A stretch of DNA of 63,896 bases, filler included, from Lenisia limosa (taxonomy: Eukaryota; Protista; Breviatea), in the NCBI GenBank assembly GCA_001655205.1. It is 10 parts of 10 records of this genome, joined end to end, with 100 filler letters (N's around TTAATTAATTAA, not from the genome) between each part and the next. Parts side by side here need not be neighbours in the genome. Positions count along the whole stretch, not along the records: positions 13,979 to 18,174 come from LPNZ01009205.1; positions 18,275 to 24,762 come from LPNZ01002914.1; positions 24,863 to 26,366 come from LPNZ01003911.1; 7 more parts are not named here. One strand, given 5' to 3'. Below the pieces are notes generated by a model. The model searched no databases. It was not told the DNA's origin and was given only the letters and a program-made list of their open reading frames with translations. The stretch's first letter is position 1, and each line of letters begins with the position of its first letter. Position numbers and translations under genes: made by a program. Below, in pieces: positions 13,979-26,466 of the stretch.

Positions 13979-16900
13979 GACGCCACCCTGCTGCCGGAGA
14001 ACAATTCTGCGGCTGCGAAGGGTGCTCACCCCAAGATCACATTGATCACTTGTTGTGATACTAAGGGCGTCGACGGATACCTAGAACCGTGACGGATGGA
14101 TATTTAAAAACAGTATGGTCAAAACTGGCATCAGTTTTTAGAGATATTTGATTATAGTATAATATTAATTCACCATCACCCTTATAATAAGAGATTTTTG
14201 ATTATTGTATTCACCCAATCATTTGCCTTACAAATCTGTACACATAGCTTTCTGTGTGCCTCCTCAGCATACGTATAAATGAGAAATAAAAAACAAGGTT
14301 GTATCTGGCCCAAGCCCACCATCACGCTGATCAGAGATATTGAATTATAGTATAATATTAATTCCCAATCATTTGCCTACACAGCTTTCGGCTTGCCTCC
14401 CTGGCATTATACCAATATATGAGAAACGTCCACACCATCTCGCCAATAGATGAAAATTACGATTCTGGTGAGGCCATAACCACCCCCACCTTGCTACTCA
14501 TTGCGCGCATTGGTGCTGTTGCGCGTTCCTTCGCTGAGTACCTGGGGGGGGGGGAGTAAAATTGGAATTTATGAAACAAAAACCCCAAATCAACTCTGTT
14601 NNNNNNNNNNNNNNNNNNNNNNNNNNNNNNNNNNNNNNNNNNNNNNNNNNNNNNNNNNNNNNNNNNNNNNNNNNNNNNNNNNNNNNNNNNNNNNNNNNNN
14701 NNNNNNNNNNNNNNNNNNNNNNNNNNNNNNNNNNNNNNNNNNNNNNNNNNNATTTATGGACCAATAATTGGAAGAGCTCTAATGGTACTGGAGCTTACTG
14801 CAGCGTAGAGAATTCAGACGAGAATCGGTGCTGTTTGGGGGACTTCGTGAGATCCAGAGACTCAGGGGTAGGGGTGGCCTACATCGTCACACTAGTTCTT
14901 CTCTCAGGTACGAAGAAGGCGGTAAAATAATTTATTGGTATTAATTAGTGCTTCACTCCGATCCGATCCGATCCCGAATCGGATCGGATCGGATCGGTGT
15001 GAAGCACAAGTATTAATCAGGGTTATCGAGAATTTCAGTCTTTGATGGGAGCGTAGGGAAGCGGGGTATCTACTCCTGATATTCATCCCTTGTGTAATAA
15101 TATATCCATATGTTAACCTATATCCACTAGTTATATCATCATATGTTAAGGGTTCCGAGTGTATCAGAGTATCATTGAGACTCGTCAGTCATATGATCAT
15201 TCCAGTGGATATGAGGTATCATATCACTGCGTGGAAAATGATAGTTTACACGTGTGAAAATGATCCAAAAAGTGCTATTACGTCCAGCCATCCAACACCC
15301 CATTCCCGCAGGGGGGAGGGTTGCGTTGTTTCTTTGGTACATGTGATATTATATGATATGTAATAGTTTTCCAACAAAGACACTCCCCACCCCCCACAAA
15401 AAAATAAAAATAATAATAATAAAGAAATAAAAGTAAAACTAATCGTTATAAACACCCCTCACCGCAGCCTCCATGGGGATGGTGGAGAAAATGGGAAGAA
15501 GTCTTTGGGCTGTGGACTGATGGACACACACCAGGTTGGAGGGTGAGAGGCTCTCTGCCTTGGCCGCTGGAGGGGTAAAACAAAGGTAAGACAATCAATA
15601 TAATGTTAACCCATATCCACTAGTGATATGATCATATGACCGACTTCCGAGTGAACGAAGATTAGTATTCCGCTGTGTCAGAGTATCATTGTGACTTGTC
15701 GGTCAATTATCATACGAGTGGATATGAGGTATCATATCACCGCGTGAAAAATGATAGTTCACACGTGTGAAAATGATCCAAAAAGTGATATGATAATAAT
15801 AAAAATTAAAAGCCGAATTAATTGAAAATAATAATAATAAAAAAAGAAACTAAATTTACTGAAATAGGGTTCTTGTAACAATATGTCGCATATCAAACTG
15901 GAAATAAATATTTTTAATTAATTGCACAGAGCCCTGCTATTATTTCGTGCACAAAAAACCAAACTCCACGATCATCCGAGCCAATTGCCTCAGCCTACCA
16001 AGTTTCATAACACCTTGAGTGCCGACGGGATCCCACATCAAATATGCGGGCTTCATGGACCCGATAACGCCCGCGATAGCCGGACCTGTGGCTAGGCCGA
16101 ACCGGATATTCATTGTGGGGTTTGCTGCGGCTTTACGGCGACTGTTGAGATTGTTCAGACGGAGAACCATTGAGAGTGCCAGGGCTGCAAGGGGGGGGGG
16201 GGGAATAAAATTGGAAAATGTNNNNNNNNNNNNNNNNNNNNNNNNNNNNNNNNNNNNNNNNNNNNNNNNNNNNNNNNNNNNNNNNNNNNNNNNNNNNNNN
16301 NNNNNNNNNNNNNNNNNNNNNNNNNNNNNNNNNNNNNNNNNNNNNNNNNNNNNNNNNNNNNNNNNNNNNNNNNNNCAGTCATATTGTATGATAATGTATC
16401 CTCAGATTGTACCTTGCTCTTCACTTCGGTCCAAAAAAGACCAGTAACATATCGATAGCTTTCGATGATTTAACGAAAAATTCAGTCTTTATTCGAACCG
16501 AAGTGAAGCCCTTATTGCACCCCCCTCAAAGCCAGCCATATTGTATGATAATGTAGTCAGATTGTAGAGTCAATCGCCGGATCTCTGTGATCCTAGTTTC
16601 AATAGAGACTTTACTGCAAAAGAATGCACCCCCCCTACAAGCCATTGTATTTGGGTGGTCGAAAGCGGTATTAGGCACGCCACTACAGCAGATGTAGGCG
16701 TCTGTGGTGGTAAATAAATTTGGACTCTAATTGAATAATATCGATATGATACGTACAGATGAGAAATAAAACAAGGTTGTATCTGGCCAAAGCCGTCCAC
16801 ACCATTGCGCTTATAATAAGAGTATGTGATGATAGGATAATATTAATTCACCCAATCATTTGGATGATATATTAAGTACAATTAATTGCGAAATTGCATT

Positions 16901-18174
16901 GAATGCCAAAGTAGCAAGTTGTATTATTGTAAACTCTTGACTTCCTTAGTTGTACTTTGTCCATTATTCACAAGTAATAATCAACATAGTAAAATGTGAA
17001 ATTCAAAAAAAAAGGCTGGGTTTAGCTGGAAACAAGAGAACACAAGCTCAGCCAGTTTCCTTCAATTTACAATCTTCATCCCTCAGACCTCCAATTGTGT
17101 AAAGATGGAGAGCATCAAAGTCCTCAATCAGAGCGTCAAATGAGTTGAAGATTTCAGTGATAAGTGACGAGAGCTAAAAAAAGTGAACTTGAGCCAGACG
17201 GGGGGGGGGGAGTAAAAATAGGAAATGNNNNNNNNNNNNNNNNNNNNNNNNNNNNNNNNNNNNNNNNNNNNNNNNNNNNNTGTGTGGGGGGGATAGTGGA
17301 AAAAGTTTTCTGTAACTGTTCAAAAACTATACATAAAGGATCAGTGACCGGGATAAGTCTTGTCCTATTTTCCCACATAGTAAACGGTCAAGACATATCC
17401 CGATCACTGTATCATGTATATTATAACATAACTATTCAATAATTCCAACCTGGACAGCAGTGATGTTGTGAGAAAGGTCAGTGAAAAGCACACCATCCGC
17501 CTGGATGACAGAAATGTCTCGGAACTCTTCAGCAATACACTTGTCGGCTGAAATGTCAGAAATAATGAGGAAGTGGGTTCAAATGAACTGAAGAAGAGAG
17601 CATAGTGTTCAAATGAATAAGGTCAAATGAGATTCAAATAATTTGGAAGGGAAGGATTAGAGAAGTTGAAGTTGAAGTAAACGAGGGTTACAATAAACTG
17701 AGAGGAAAGGAAAAAGGCAAATTAAAATAATAGACATTTCTTGCAAGCTTACTATTGTAAGAGTGCAGCAGGGGGGACACCGTGTGGAGGGGAAGAAGCA
17801 TAACAAGCTAGGAGTGTTATTGGAATCCAAGAGCTTGAACTAGAGTTATGGAATGCTGAACATGAGGGTGCTATCAGAGTTATGAAATGCTGAACATGGA
17901 AGTGCTATGTCCAGAGTTTCATTTTCTCAACCTAGAAAGTACATTTCGGACCATTATGTAGGGCTTCACTTCTGTTCGAAAAAAGACTGACTTTCTCGAT
18001 AAATCCTCGAAAACTATCATGTTTTCCCGGAATTTTTTGAACCGAAGAAGCCCAACTTATATGGCAGCTCACCAAGTCAGAAGAGCTTTGGATCTGCCGC
18101 TGAATCTGCTCATTGAGAGAGAAGTACATTCGTCGACTGCCGTCAATGAATATCGTCAGTCGGAACACCGTGTA
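13979..18174 (-). CDS. Class III adenylyl/guanylyl cyclase-domain protein, partial, with non-canonical catalytic residues
   Basis: Spliced translation: IAEEFRDISVIQADGVLFTDLSHNITAVQ|LSSLITEIFNSFDALIEDFDALHLYTIG|DAYICCSGVPNTAFDHPNTMA|SLALSMVLRLNNLN...MNIRFGLATGPAIAGVIGSMKPAYLMWDPVGTQ|AAKAESLSPSNLVCVHQSTAQRL. This follows the cyclase consensus (xAD..FT, FD, TIGD.Y, GxxTGP..AGVIG..K..Y..W). Confidence 0.85.
14948..15007. repeat. Near-perfect 60-bp palindrome with a (CCGAT)n core
   Basis: gtgcttcactccgatccgatccgatc-ccgaatcg-gatcggatcggatcggtgtgaagcac; one mismatch across the 26-bp arms. Confidence 0.9.
15605..15795 (+). mobile_element. Family B dispersed intronic element (~180 bp) with an internal inverted repeat; representative copy
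   Basis: ccatatccactagt...tgaccgac pairs with gtcggtcaattatcatacgagtggatatgagg, followed by the tail cacgtgtgaaaatgatccaaaaagtg. Copies at ~2215 (reverse), 6975, 9250, 15110. Confidence 0.8.
17341..17409. mobile_element. Family D mini-MITE (~68 bp, TIR cagtgaccgggataagtcttg); representative copy
   Basis: cagtgaccgggataagtcttg...caagacatatcccgatcactg. Copies at ~6629-6693 and 20793-20863; half copies at ~7645, 13600, 20088. Confidence 0.75.
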
Positions 18175-18539
18175 NNNNNNNNNNNNNNNNNNNNNNNNNN
18201 NNNNNNNNNNNNNNNNNNTTAATTAATTAANNNNNNNNNNNNNNNNNNNNNNNNNNNNNNNNNNNNNNNNNNNNGGTGTATTCGATGACGTCATCTGTAT
18301 CCACTCTGAAAACGTATCTGCCTTCCTCTTTCGCCGTAAAAAGCCCTATTAAAGGAGTAAAAATTATACTAAAGGAGTAAAAGGCCGAAATATAATGAGT
18401 ACAAAGCCCATTTAATGAATTAAACAATATAGTTATCTAGTATATACTCAAAAAAAAAATGATTACAACTTCTATCGCTGCACCAAGAGCAGCAGCTAAC
18501 ATGGCACAATATAACATCAATCTTAACACCAAAGTAATG

Positions 18540-19100
18540 GGAACGTAACATCAATAAACAGTTTATCAATATAAAGATGACCCCATGATCGGATCGGCAA
18601 CACTAGAAAGATGACCACCCGAGCCACCAACAACACGAACAAACCTGATTTTTCCACCATTCTCACCATTGTAGAGAAACGAAAACGGCAGCTCCATCTG
18701 CGGTAGAGGCACCATGGGGGACAAGGAACTCGTAAGGTTGAGAAGGGGGACGTCGTTAACAATGAGGGGACCAAAGGCTGGGATGGTCGTCGAGGTGTTA
18801 GAGTAGTACAACCGGATACCTTCTTGTGGAGGCAGAAGCGGGCTGTCTGCAGCGCATCCTAGATGAGATCAGCCAAATCAGCCCATTCCAGGTCTCATAC
18901 CTGGTATTAAGGATATACACAGAGTACATATTAATAACAAGATGGTAGTTAGGTTGGTCATCGCACTCTACAGTGCCCAATGGCAAAGTCCTCGCCTGTT
19001 TAATCACATTCTTTCTTGACTTTTGTTTGATCGATCGTATAACGTCTATATCAATAGAAGATGTTATTGTGCGGGTGTTTGTTTAGAGTTATTCGAAGCT
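18540..19100 (-). CDS. Small multi-exon gene, unidentified, divergent from MAPKBP1/WDR62
   Basis: Short GT-AG-bounded exons ARTLPLGTVECDDQPNYHLVIN, DALQTARFCLHKK, LWSLIVNDVPLLNLT, MELPFSFLYN. Start and stop not fixed. Confidence 0.35.
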
Positions 19101-19225
19101 TCGCAGCATCCCGCTATAAGTACCGATATATTCCAAAGGTAATCCCCAGATAAATCGATATTAAATTAAATTTCATTCTTTGATTTGGTGGCCTCATTGT
19201 TAACAGCATATAAATAATACACAAA

Positions 19226-22200
19226 ATGCCACCTAAAGGCCCAGGAGCGGGAGGCAAAAAGAAGAAAAAAGAGGAAAGGAAAGTTCGTTTTCTTGCCGCT
19301 GTTGTCGCCTCCTAACACCTTTAGCTCACTTTAGAACGCGTTATTGGGAACACAGTCACATCGCATTCAAGCTTTGCCGAAAACAAACGTAAGTGCGGTC
19401 TTCACAACCAGCACTAACGATCCAGAAACCGGGCATCTTGCCTACACTGCTGGCTGCGTATGTGTGCTGTACTCACCGAAAAAGAACACTCAAATCAGAT
19501 TCTGCACAACGTGGGTTACATATCATGAGAGGAATATAGATATTCGCGCTTAATATTGATATTCATAGAGGATTTATTGTCAGTTTATTCTTATCTAAGA
19601 AACAGAAGTAATGCCCTCAAAAACTCTATGTTTTTATTTAAAATTGTGCAGGATTTGGATGTAGTTTCCTGAGTTTTTTATATGTGCTTGCCAATAATTT
19701 CTCTATTGGTAATCGAATACAGACCGTAGGGAAATCCTAAATTCTCAGAAACAAGCCTCATAATATATTAGTAGGATTACCGTTTAACTTCAAACTTCAC
19801 GCTACATCATAGTGAGCTTCACACTACATCATAGTGAGCTTCACACTACATCATAGTGAGCTTCACACTACATCATAGTGAGCTTCACGCTACATCATAG
19901 TGAGCTTCACGCCACATCATAGTGAACTAAATATGATATATCCCTCCATAACAGTTTTCAATTTATTAATCTTTTGAAAAAGCCATTTTTGATAAAGGTT
20001 GTTTCTCTCTATACTGTATTATTAGAGCTTCACTTCAGGTACCCAAAAGAGCCTGAATATTCGCTAAATTATCCATATTATATGCATGCAGGGACCGGGA
20101 TAAGTCTTGACGAATTTGTTGTATTTTTGAACCGAAGGGGGGCTCTATTTTGAATCTGGGCAGTTTTTCATGAGCAGCTGTAACTTACTGTTTCATTTTT
20201 AGAATGTCTTATCATCTAATCAGTCAGCTTCCTGATTTTATGTGTATTATTTTCTTCCTGAATTAATTGATACGTTTTCATTCTTGCTCTTCAAAAATTT
20301 ACCGATCCAGGAAGGGAAGAAGGCCTCTGATATGCCTGGCGTTTTCTCCGAATGGCCAATACCTTGCTGCGGGAGAGGTGGGCAGCACAGCAATTTTGAT
20401 GAACTAAGTACTCCCTATTTCAACTCACATTCCCATTATTTTAGATCTCAAATATTGAACCGCAAGTACATAATTCTGAACTTTAGTGGCCTTGATTAAG
20501 GTTACTGCCATCACTCAATAACAATGATCATCATTGCCACCATCACCAAAAACAATCATCATCATCGTCATCCCCACCATCACCATGTTAACGATCAACA
20601 GACCGGACACCAACCTTCAGTTGTGGTTTGGGATGTCACTACTGGATCTATGATCAGCGAGCTCAAGGGACATAAATTCGGTATGAAATTTAAGACTGTG
20701 ATGAAGTGTTTTCTTTTTTTTCAAAGATTTTGATGTCCTTCAACTTCTTTGAGTATGGCTTATGCTATACTCGTGGTGTTTATATGGTTACAAGAACCGG
20801 AATAAGTCTTGACCGATTAACTATGTGACAGGGAAATTAGGTCAAATCTTATCCCGGCCACTGTATAACTATTTCATATTTTTCTCAGTCAACACAACCT
20901 TGTCACTGGAAAATATCCTTACATTCCAATACCTTTTTAGGAATCGGGAGTTTGGCCTTCAGTCCAGATGGAACGGTGGGTACAAGTAACAAGTAATAGC
21001 CACCCCCATTGTAGCAGACAGGTTGACTTTGGTCTTTTTTTGTCATCAATTATCCAATTTTGGAGTGATGGGATGCGGTGCTGTAGAAGTGACTGGCTTA
21101 AGCTTTGTTTATTTTGTTTTTTTGAACCATGTATGTTTTTTGCAATTTTACTACCCCCTCAACATCACCGCCACTACCCTCAACATCACCGCCACTACCC
21201 TCAACATCACCGCCCCCTTAGGTTCTGGCGTCGATTGGAGTAGAGCATGACGGCGGTGTACGGCTGTGGGACTGGAAGGAGGGCAAGGCCAAACTCGGCG
21301 GAGTTTCCCGGACCACCAGCAAAGTATGCTCCTGGGACATGATGAGTTTCTTTTCATTGTATAAAATAAGGAAAGTTATATATTAATCTGTTTATCCTTG
21401 TTAAATTTTTACCAAAATTTTCTCAACAGGAGGCAGATAAAAAGAGTTAAAATATCCTTTCTGCAGCCCTTTAATCAAATAGAGTAGTTTTTTTTGGATT
21501 ACAGTTCTTTTGAAAAGCCAAATATTCGACTTACGACTCCCATTTCTAGGTCATTTAAGCTCAAAGGTCACCCTATTATCACCCTATTATAAGTTCAGTT
21601 TACCTAAGCAGTCACCCTATTCCGTCTTTAACATTTTAGGACATTATAAGTTCAGTTTACCTGAGCAGTCACCCTATTTAGATCTACTCCTGCGCCTTCA
21701 GTCCCGACGGCAAGTCTCTGGTTACCGTCGGCACGCGACATGTCAAGTTCTGGACTGTCCCGGGTCGGCTGGGCTTGTTTTTTTTTAGAGTAATTGACCG
21801 GTAGAGCCGCAACTAACACCCGCAGTCGGACCTAGTGATGCTCTTTCCGGCCGCACCGCGACCCTCGGCGAACATCGGAACAACATCATTGTTGATGTTA
21901 CCTTCAGCAAGGGTCTGTTTTGTTGATGATGGTATCAAATTCTTTTCAATTTTTATTATTATTATTATTTATTTTTCATTTTCATTATCATTGAAATTCC
22001 TCTTACGTTTCACCCCCCCCCCCCTTAGATGGATCGTGCTACTTCATTACAGCGTCCGGCCTTCTTCTAGCAACTTCTCCGGAGAGCAGAAAGATTGAGA
22101 AGTGGATTGACTTGAAGGTATAAAGGGGGGGATGTTATTAAATAGTCTTTGAAATGGCAGCCCAAAATAATTCTCTGAAAACTATCGGAAGCCCTCCTGA

Positions 22201-24762
22201 CTAACGTGGAGCATGAGATGTGATATTTCCCAGACATTTCATCCCCGTAGTATCCGTCAATACTACTCACTAGATTTTGGGGTGATGGGATGCGGTGCTG
22301 AAAAAGTGACTGGTTTTGTTGTTATCAACCCTCTTGTGTTGTCAGCCAACAGAGTTGATTTGGGTTTTATTTTTTTCATAATTTTTCTAATTTTACTCCC
22401 CCCCCCCCAGATGNNNNNNNNNNNNNNNNNNNNNNNNNNNNNNNNNNNNNNNNNNNNNNNNNNNNNNNNNNNNNNNTGCTGGCGCTGACGGCATTGTTAG
22501 GTTAGGGGGCTCGAGGTTCTGTTTTTGTGTTTTAGTCATCTGGCTTTGGTCTAGTTTTAACGCTGGTTGCTCATGTTATTGCTTTTGTTTTTTTTTAGTT
22601 TTAGATTGGCATAACGACGTGAAATGACATGGGGGTGTTAGATTAGGGCTTCCCTGCGGTCCGAAAAAAATCCAGACTCGGCTCAAAAACCCATTTCTTC
22701 AAAATCTGTAACTCATTTAGGCTGTTTTCCATCCCCAACTTGACCTACGCTGCCACATTGCCGCGATCCTTGGCGCTTGGCGCTGACGTTGCTGTTGGCG
22801 TCAGGATGAGGTAGGGGGTGGTAATTAGAGAATTGATGAAACAAATAAAAAGGCCAATAACTTGTTCGATCACAACAACAAAGCAAAACAAGCCCAGACC
22901 ACTGGGGAGCTTCTCTTTTCTCAAACACAAAATCTCAACTCGAATTTCCTAGTAACGCTGGGAAAATGGATAATTCTAGGACTCTTTGCAATTGATTTTT
23001 TGAACACATTAATTGACAAAGTTTGAAATTTAAGTGTCTGAAATGGAGTTCCCATCACAATAGGTCTCACTTCAAATTTGATCATCAGACCGAATAAGCT
23101 GCATAAAGGGGACGGCTGTCCTGCTCTAAATCTCCGATTCTCATATATTTTGCGATATGATAGGTATATACCTCCCACCACGCATTCGGTTCGTGATGAG
23201 TACCTTTGCGCCAATATTCTTCATTAAAATTTCCTTCGTTTTACCTCCTCCTAGTCTCTCGGCCGCGGCCCGCACGGACTCAGTCTACGCCGACACAGTG
23301 GCCATTAGCATTTCCGACGATGGAAAACGCGTCACCGCAATGTATTCAGACAGGTCTCTCTACGTCTGGGGCCTCGGGTCTTCGGGCAAGGTGGGTGGTT
23401 TTATGATTATATGGTTANNNNNNNNNNNNNNNNNNNNNNNNNNNNNNNNNNNNNNNNNNNNNNNNNNNNNNNNNNNNNNNNNNNNNNNNNNNNNNNNNNN
23501 NNNNNNNNNNNNNNNNNNNNNNNNNNNNNNNNNNNNNNNNNNGAAGGCGCGTAGTGTACACGCTCCTGCAAGTTGTGTCTGGGATGTCAAGCTTATGCCC
23601 CCAGGCGGTGAGAGGGGTATGGGATGAGGGAGTGGCTGTGAGGGAACTTTAAAGAAAACCAAGAATACTGTATTCCCAAGTGCTGAATTTATTATTATGA
23701 GTTAATTGACAAAGTTTTAAATTAAAGTGTCTGAAATGACAATATGTCACACTTCAAGTTGGCAATTAATTTTTCAATCAATTGCTTCACGAAGCCCTAA
23801 TTATTATGTCTATTTAATCAACTTTCAGTTAGTTACAGAAAGTATCAATGGAGTTGAATTTGGGACTGTTTCTCATATTTCCCTTCTCCATTCTAATTTC
23901 ACGATTTTAGCCTCCCATCTTCCCGCCAACACCATTGCAGCAGCGAGTGCGGACGGAACTATTCGGTAGGCTTGGGGATAGTTTTCTATGTTGAGTATTT
24001 CCTGATTGTGTACCATCATCAAGTTTGTTGCTCGTGGTTGTCTTGGCTTGTTGTTTTTTGTTTTGTTTGGAGTTTTAGATTATTTTGTGACAGTACCTTT
24101 ACGCCACTATTCATCGAAACTTTCTTTGTTTTACTCCCAAGATTCTTTCCCATTGAGCCACCCGGCCTGGATCAAAGCATGGCAGGCTCTATTAAGCCGT
24201 CCCTGGGGAAATCCATGTTGAAAGTGGGGGGGTCTTGAGCTGAAAGTGGTCTTGGGTTTCTTCTGTTCTTTTCTGTATTTACGCTGGTCACCCAATTTTA
24301 CCCTAGGTAATTCACGTTTCTTCAAAAGATAACAATTTCGCCAACTTTAAGGCTGAAGCCCACACAAAGAGTTGGGGGAGTGGGGCAGGTATCAGGCATA
24401 AACCTCTCTCTTCTTTGTTGACCCAATTTTGTCATACATGGAGGGTTTCTATTGAAACTAGAATCATAAGGACTGTTCTCTTAATACCCACGCCAACTTC
24501 CCCCCCTCACCCCTCGCAGCTGGAGCCAACGCCGATGCACCAAAAGATGTCGGAATTAGATGGTATGGGGGGGGGGATGATTTTGGACAAGAGAAACCAA
24601 AGGAAACAAATAAGTACATTGGGATACCAAAAACAAATTATCATATTTCCGCGCCCACGCTCCTTGGTGCCCTCCGCCCCGAAACACACATCATTTATGG
24701 CTAGTCTGCACATATTACATAAGTGCTTCTGATTAGTGGAGGTTGTGAGGCGGTGGGGTATA
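19226..24762 (+). CDS. MAPKBP1: MAPKBP1/WDR62-family WD40 protein, 5' part, truncated at the linker
   Basis: MPPKGPGAGGKKKKKEERK|LTLERVIGNT...TGHLAYTAGCVCVLYSPKKN; CLAFSPNGQYLAAGE; TGHQPSVVVWDV; VTVGTRHVKFW; GRTATLGEHRNN; KIEKWIDLK; LFSIPNLTYAATLPRSLALGAD; YADTVAI...YSDRSLYVW; SCVWDVK; ASADGTIR; KDVGIR. These blocks are colinear with remembered MAPKBP1/WDR62 motifs. Confidence 0.9.
19795..19926. repeat. 22-bp minisatellite x6 in a MAPKBP1 intron
   Basis: Unit cttcacactacatcatagtgag. Confidence 0.95.
22277..22410 (+). mobile_element. Family C dispersed intronic element (~130-150 bp) ending at a 3' splice site; representative copy
   Basis: Consensus (ct)ggagtaatgggatgcggtgc..gtgactggcctgggctttgtt..aaccctcgtgtgttgtcagccaacagagttgattttggg..tttcataaattttccaattttactcc(c)n cag. 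Other copies at ~2005, 4785, 5315, 12795, 14541, 16185, 17200, 21060, 22840, 25365, 31389, 32545, 54410, 55890, 56829, 58010. Confidence 0.8.
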
Positions 24763-24898
24763 NNNNNNNNNNNNNNNNNNNNNNNNNNNNNNNNNNNNNN
24801 NNNNNNTTAATTAATTAANNNNNNNNNNNNNNNNNNNNNNNNNNNNNNNNNNNNNNNNNNNNACTGTGGAATTAGGGGGAGGGGGGTAGTAATACCTA

Positions 24899-24990
24899 GG
24901 CTTCACTTCGGTTCGAAAAAGACCTTAAAATATCGGTAGTTTCGAAGATTTATCGAGAAATTCAGTCTTTTTCGAACCGAATTGAAGTAC
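24899..24990. mobile_element. Family E MITE (~95 bp, TIR gggcttcacttcggttcgaaaaagac); representative copy
   Basis: Clear terminal inverted repeats, usually flanked by TA. Copies at ~3620, 11880, 12626, 13616, 16415, 17961, 20025, 22646, 26780, 39458, 51312. A related family sharing the gagccc/gaagccc end lies at ~8430, 15865, 23010, 23700. Confidence 0.85.
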
Positions 24991-25235
24991 TAGTATGCCT
25001 TAATAAAAATGAAAGAAAACACCTTGAAATGATGTCAAATAGTTGAGCCACTGAGTGGGGGATAAGAAAGCATAAGAAATTAAATGAGAGGGGGGATAAG
25101 AAAGCATAAGAAATTAAATGAGAGGAGGGATAATGTTGTGAAATCTATGACAGATAAACTGGATTATCTTCACTTGGCAGATAATCTGGATTGTCTCAAC
25201 TTGGCAGATTAATTGGGTGATTTTTTACTTGACAG

Positions 25236-26326
25236 ATCAAACTTGAGTATCACTTCATGGGAGGACCTGAAGGAGACTCAGAAATTCAGTGGTTCAGAGA
25301 TAGTGATGAGGTAGGGCTGGTCTGTTTTCTCAGTTCTTCTTATCCCCAACACAACCCCTATGCCCTAGTGTTTTGTGCTTGCGAACAGAGTTGATTCTGG
25401 GGGGTTTTTTGTTTTATTTTTTTTTTATTATTATTTCTCTCAATACAATACACTCATGCCCCCCTCAGGTTGGCGACGGTAAGAAGACGTACATGGTTGT
25501 GGAGGAAGACGCCGGCGCCCTCATGGCCGTTTCTCTCACTCCAAAAAGGACTGATGGTAGGGGGCAAGATGCTTGAGGTACTAGGAGGGGGGGGGCTAAA
25601 TCACTGTTTTTTGAAACTAGAAACCAAAGAGAGAATCCCCTCCTTTCTTCTGTCACTTTCACACCCATCCCCCCCAGGTATACATATATAACTTGTGGTT
25701 TTAATTGTTTCCCAAATACTAGCCAACNNNNNNNNNNNNNNNNNNNNNNNNNNNNNNNNNNNNNNNNNNNNNNNNNNNNNNNNNNNNNNNNNNNNNNNNN
25801 NNNNNNNNNNNNNNNNNNNNNNNNNNNNNNNNNNNNNNNNNNNNNNNNNNNNNNNNNNNNNNNNNNNNNNNNNNNNNNNNNNNNNNNNNNNNNNNNNNNN
25901 NNNNNNNNNNNNNNNNNNNNNNNNNNNNNNNNNNNNNNNNNNNNNNNNNNNNNNNNNNNNTAATGAACGTAAGTGGAAAGGAATAAACGCAAGGTTAGGA
26001 ATATACGTAAAAAGTAAGGAATAATGAACTTGAGAGAGGGGGGACAACATATCATCGTTTCCCCAGTGCATATTATCGTATCACGTTCTCTCACTCTGCA
26101 GCAAGCGAGGAAGTAACTGAAGAACAGCCATCCAAACCAGTAGCCGAGCCTCAACCGACACCTGCAACTGCCCCTCAAACAACACCCGAATCCTCTGGAG
26201 CTGCGACACCATCTGCTGCAAGTGCTGAAACTGCTGAAACCACAAGGTCCACGGAGCCGACCTCGGAAGCTGGAGCCACAACCTCCGGGGATACTGACAC
26301 TGCCGAAGCGGAAGCAGGCCGGACCG
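25236..26326 (+). CDS. AIR9-like protein fragment: an A9 (Ig-like) repeat plus an Ala/Thr/Pro/Glu-rich tail
   Basis: Exon 25236-25310 IKLEYHFMGGPEGDSEIQWFRDSDE and exon 25469-25556 VGDGKKTYMVVEEDAGALMAVSLTPKRTDG match the A9 pattern Y.GG.EG.S...W.R ... TY....ED.G......TP.R.DG. Low-complexity exon ASEEVTEEQPSKPVAEPQPTP... at ~26100-26326. Confidence 0.7.
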
Positions 26327-26466
26327 TGGGGGGGGGGGCAAACCTGAAAATTATGGCTCATCTAAANNNNNNNNNNNNNNNNNNNNNNNNNNNNNNNNNN
26401 NNNNNNNNNNTTAATTAATTAANNNNNNNNNNNNNNNNNNNNNNNNNNNNNNNNNNNNNNNNNNNN

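Noticed and set aside
19795-19926. Regularly spaced repeats as a CRISPR array (also 4418-4624, 55515-55667, 61107-61345)
   Set aside because: Units are directly tandem with no unique spacers, lie in eukaryotic introns, and no cas genes are present.
25469-25556. Continuation of MAPKBP1/WDR62 across the 24763-24862 linker
   Set aside because: Together with the preceding exon (GGPEGDSEIQWFR) the peptide fits an A9 repeat much better, so it is a different gene.
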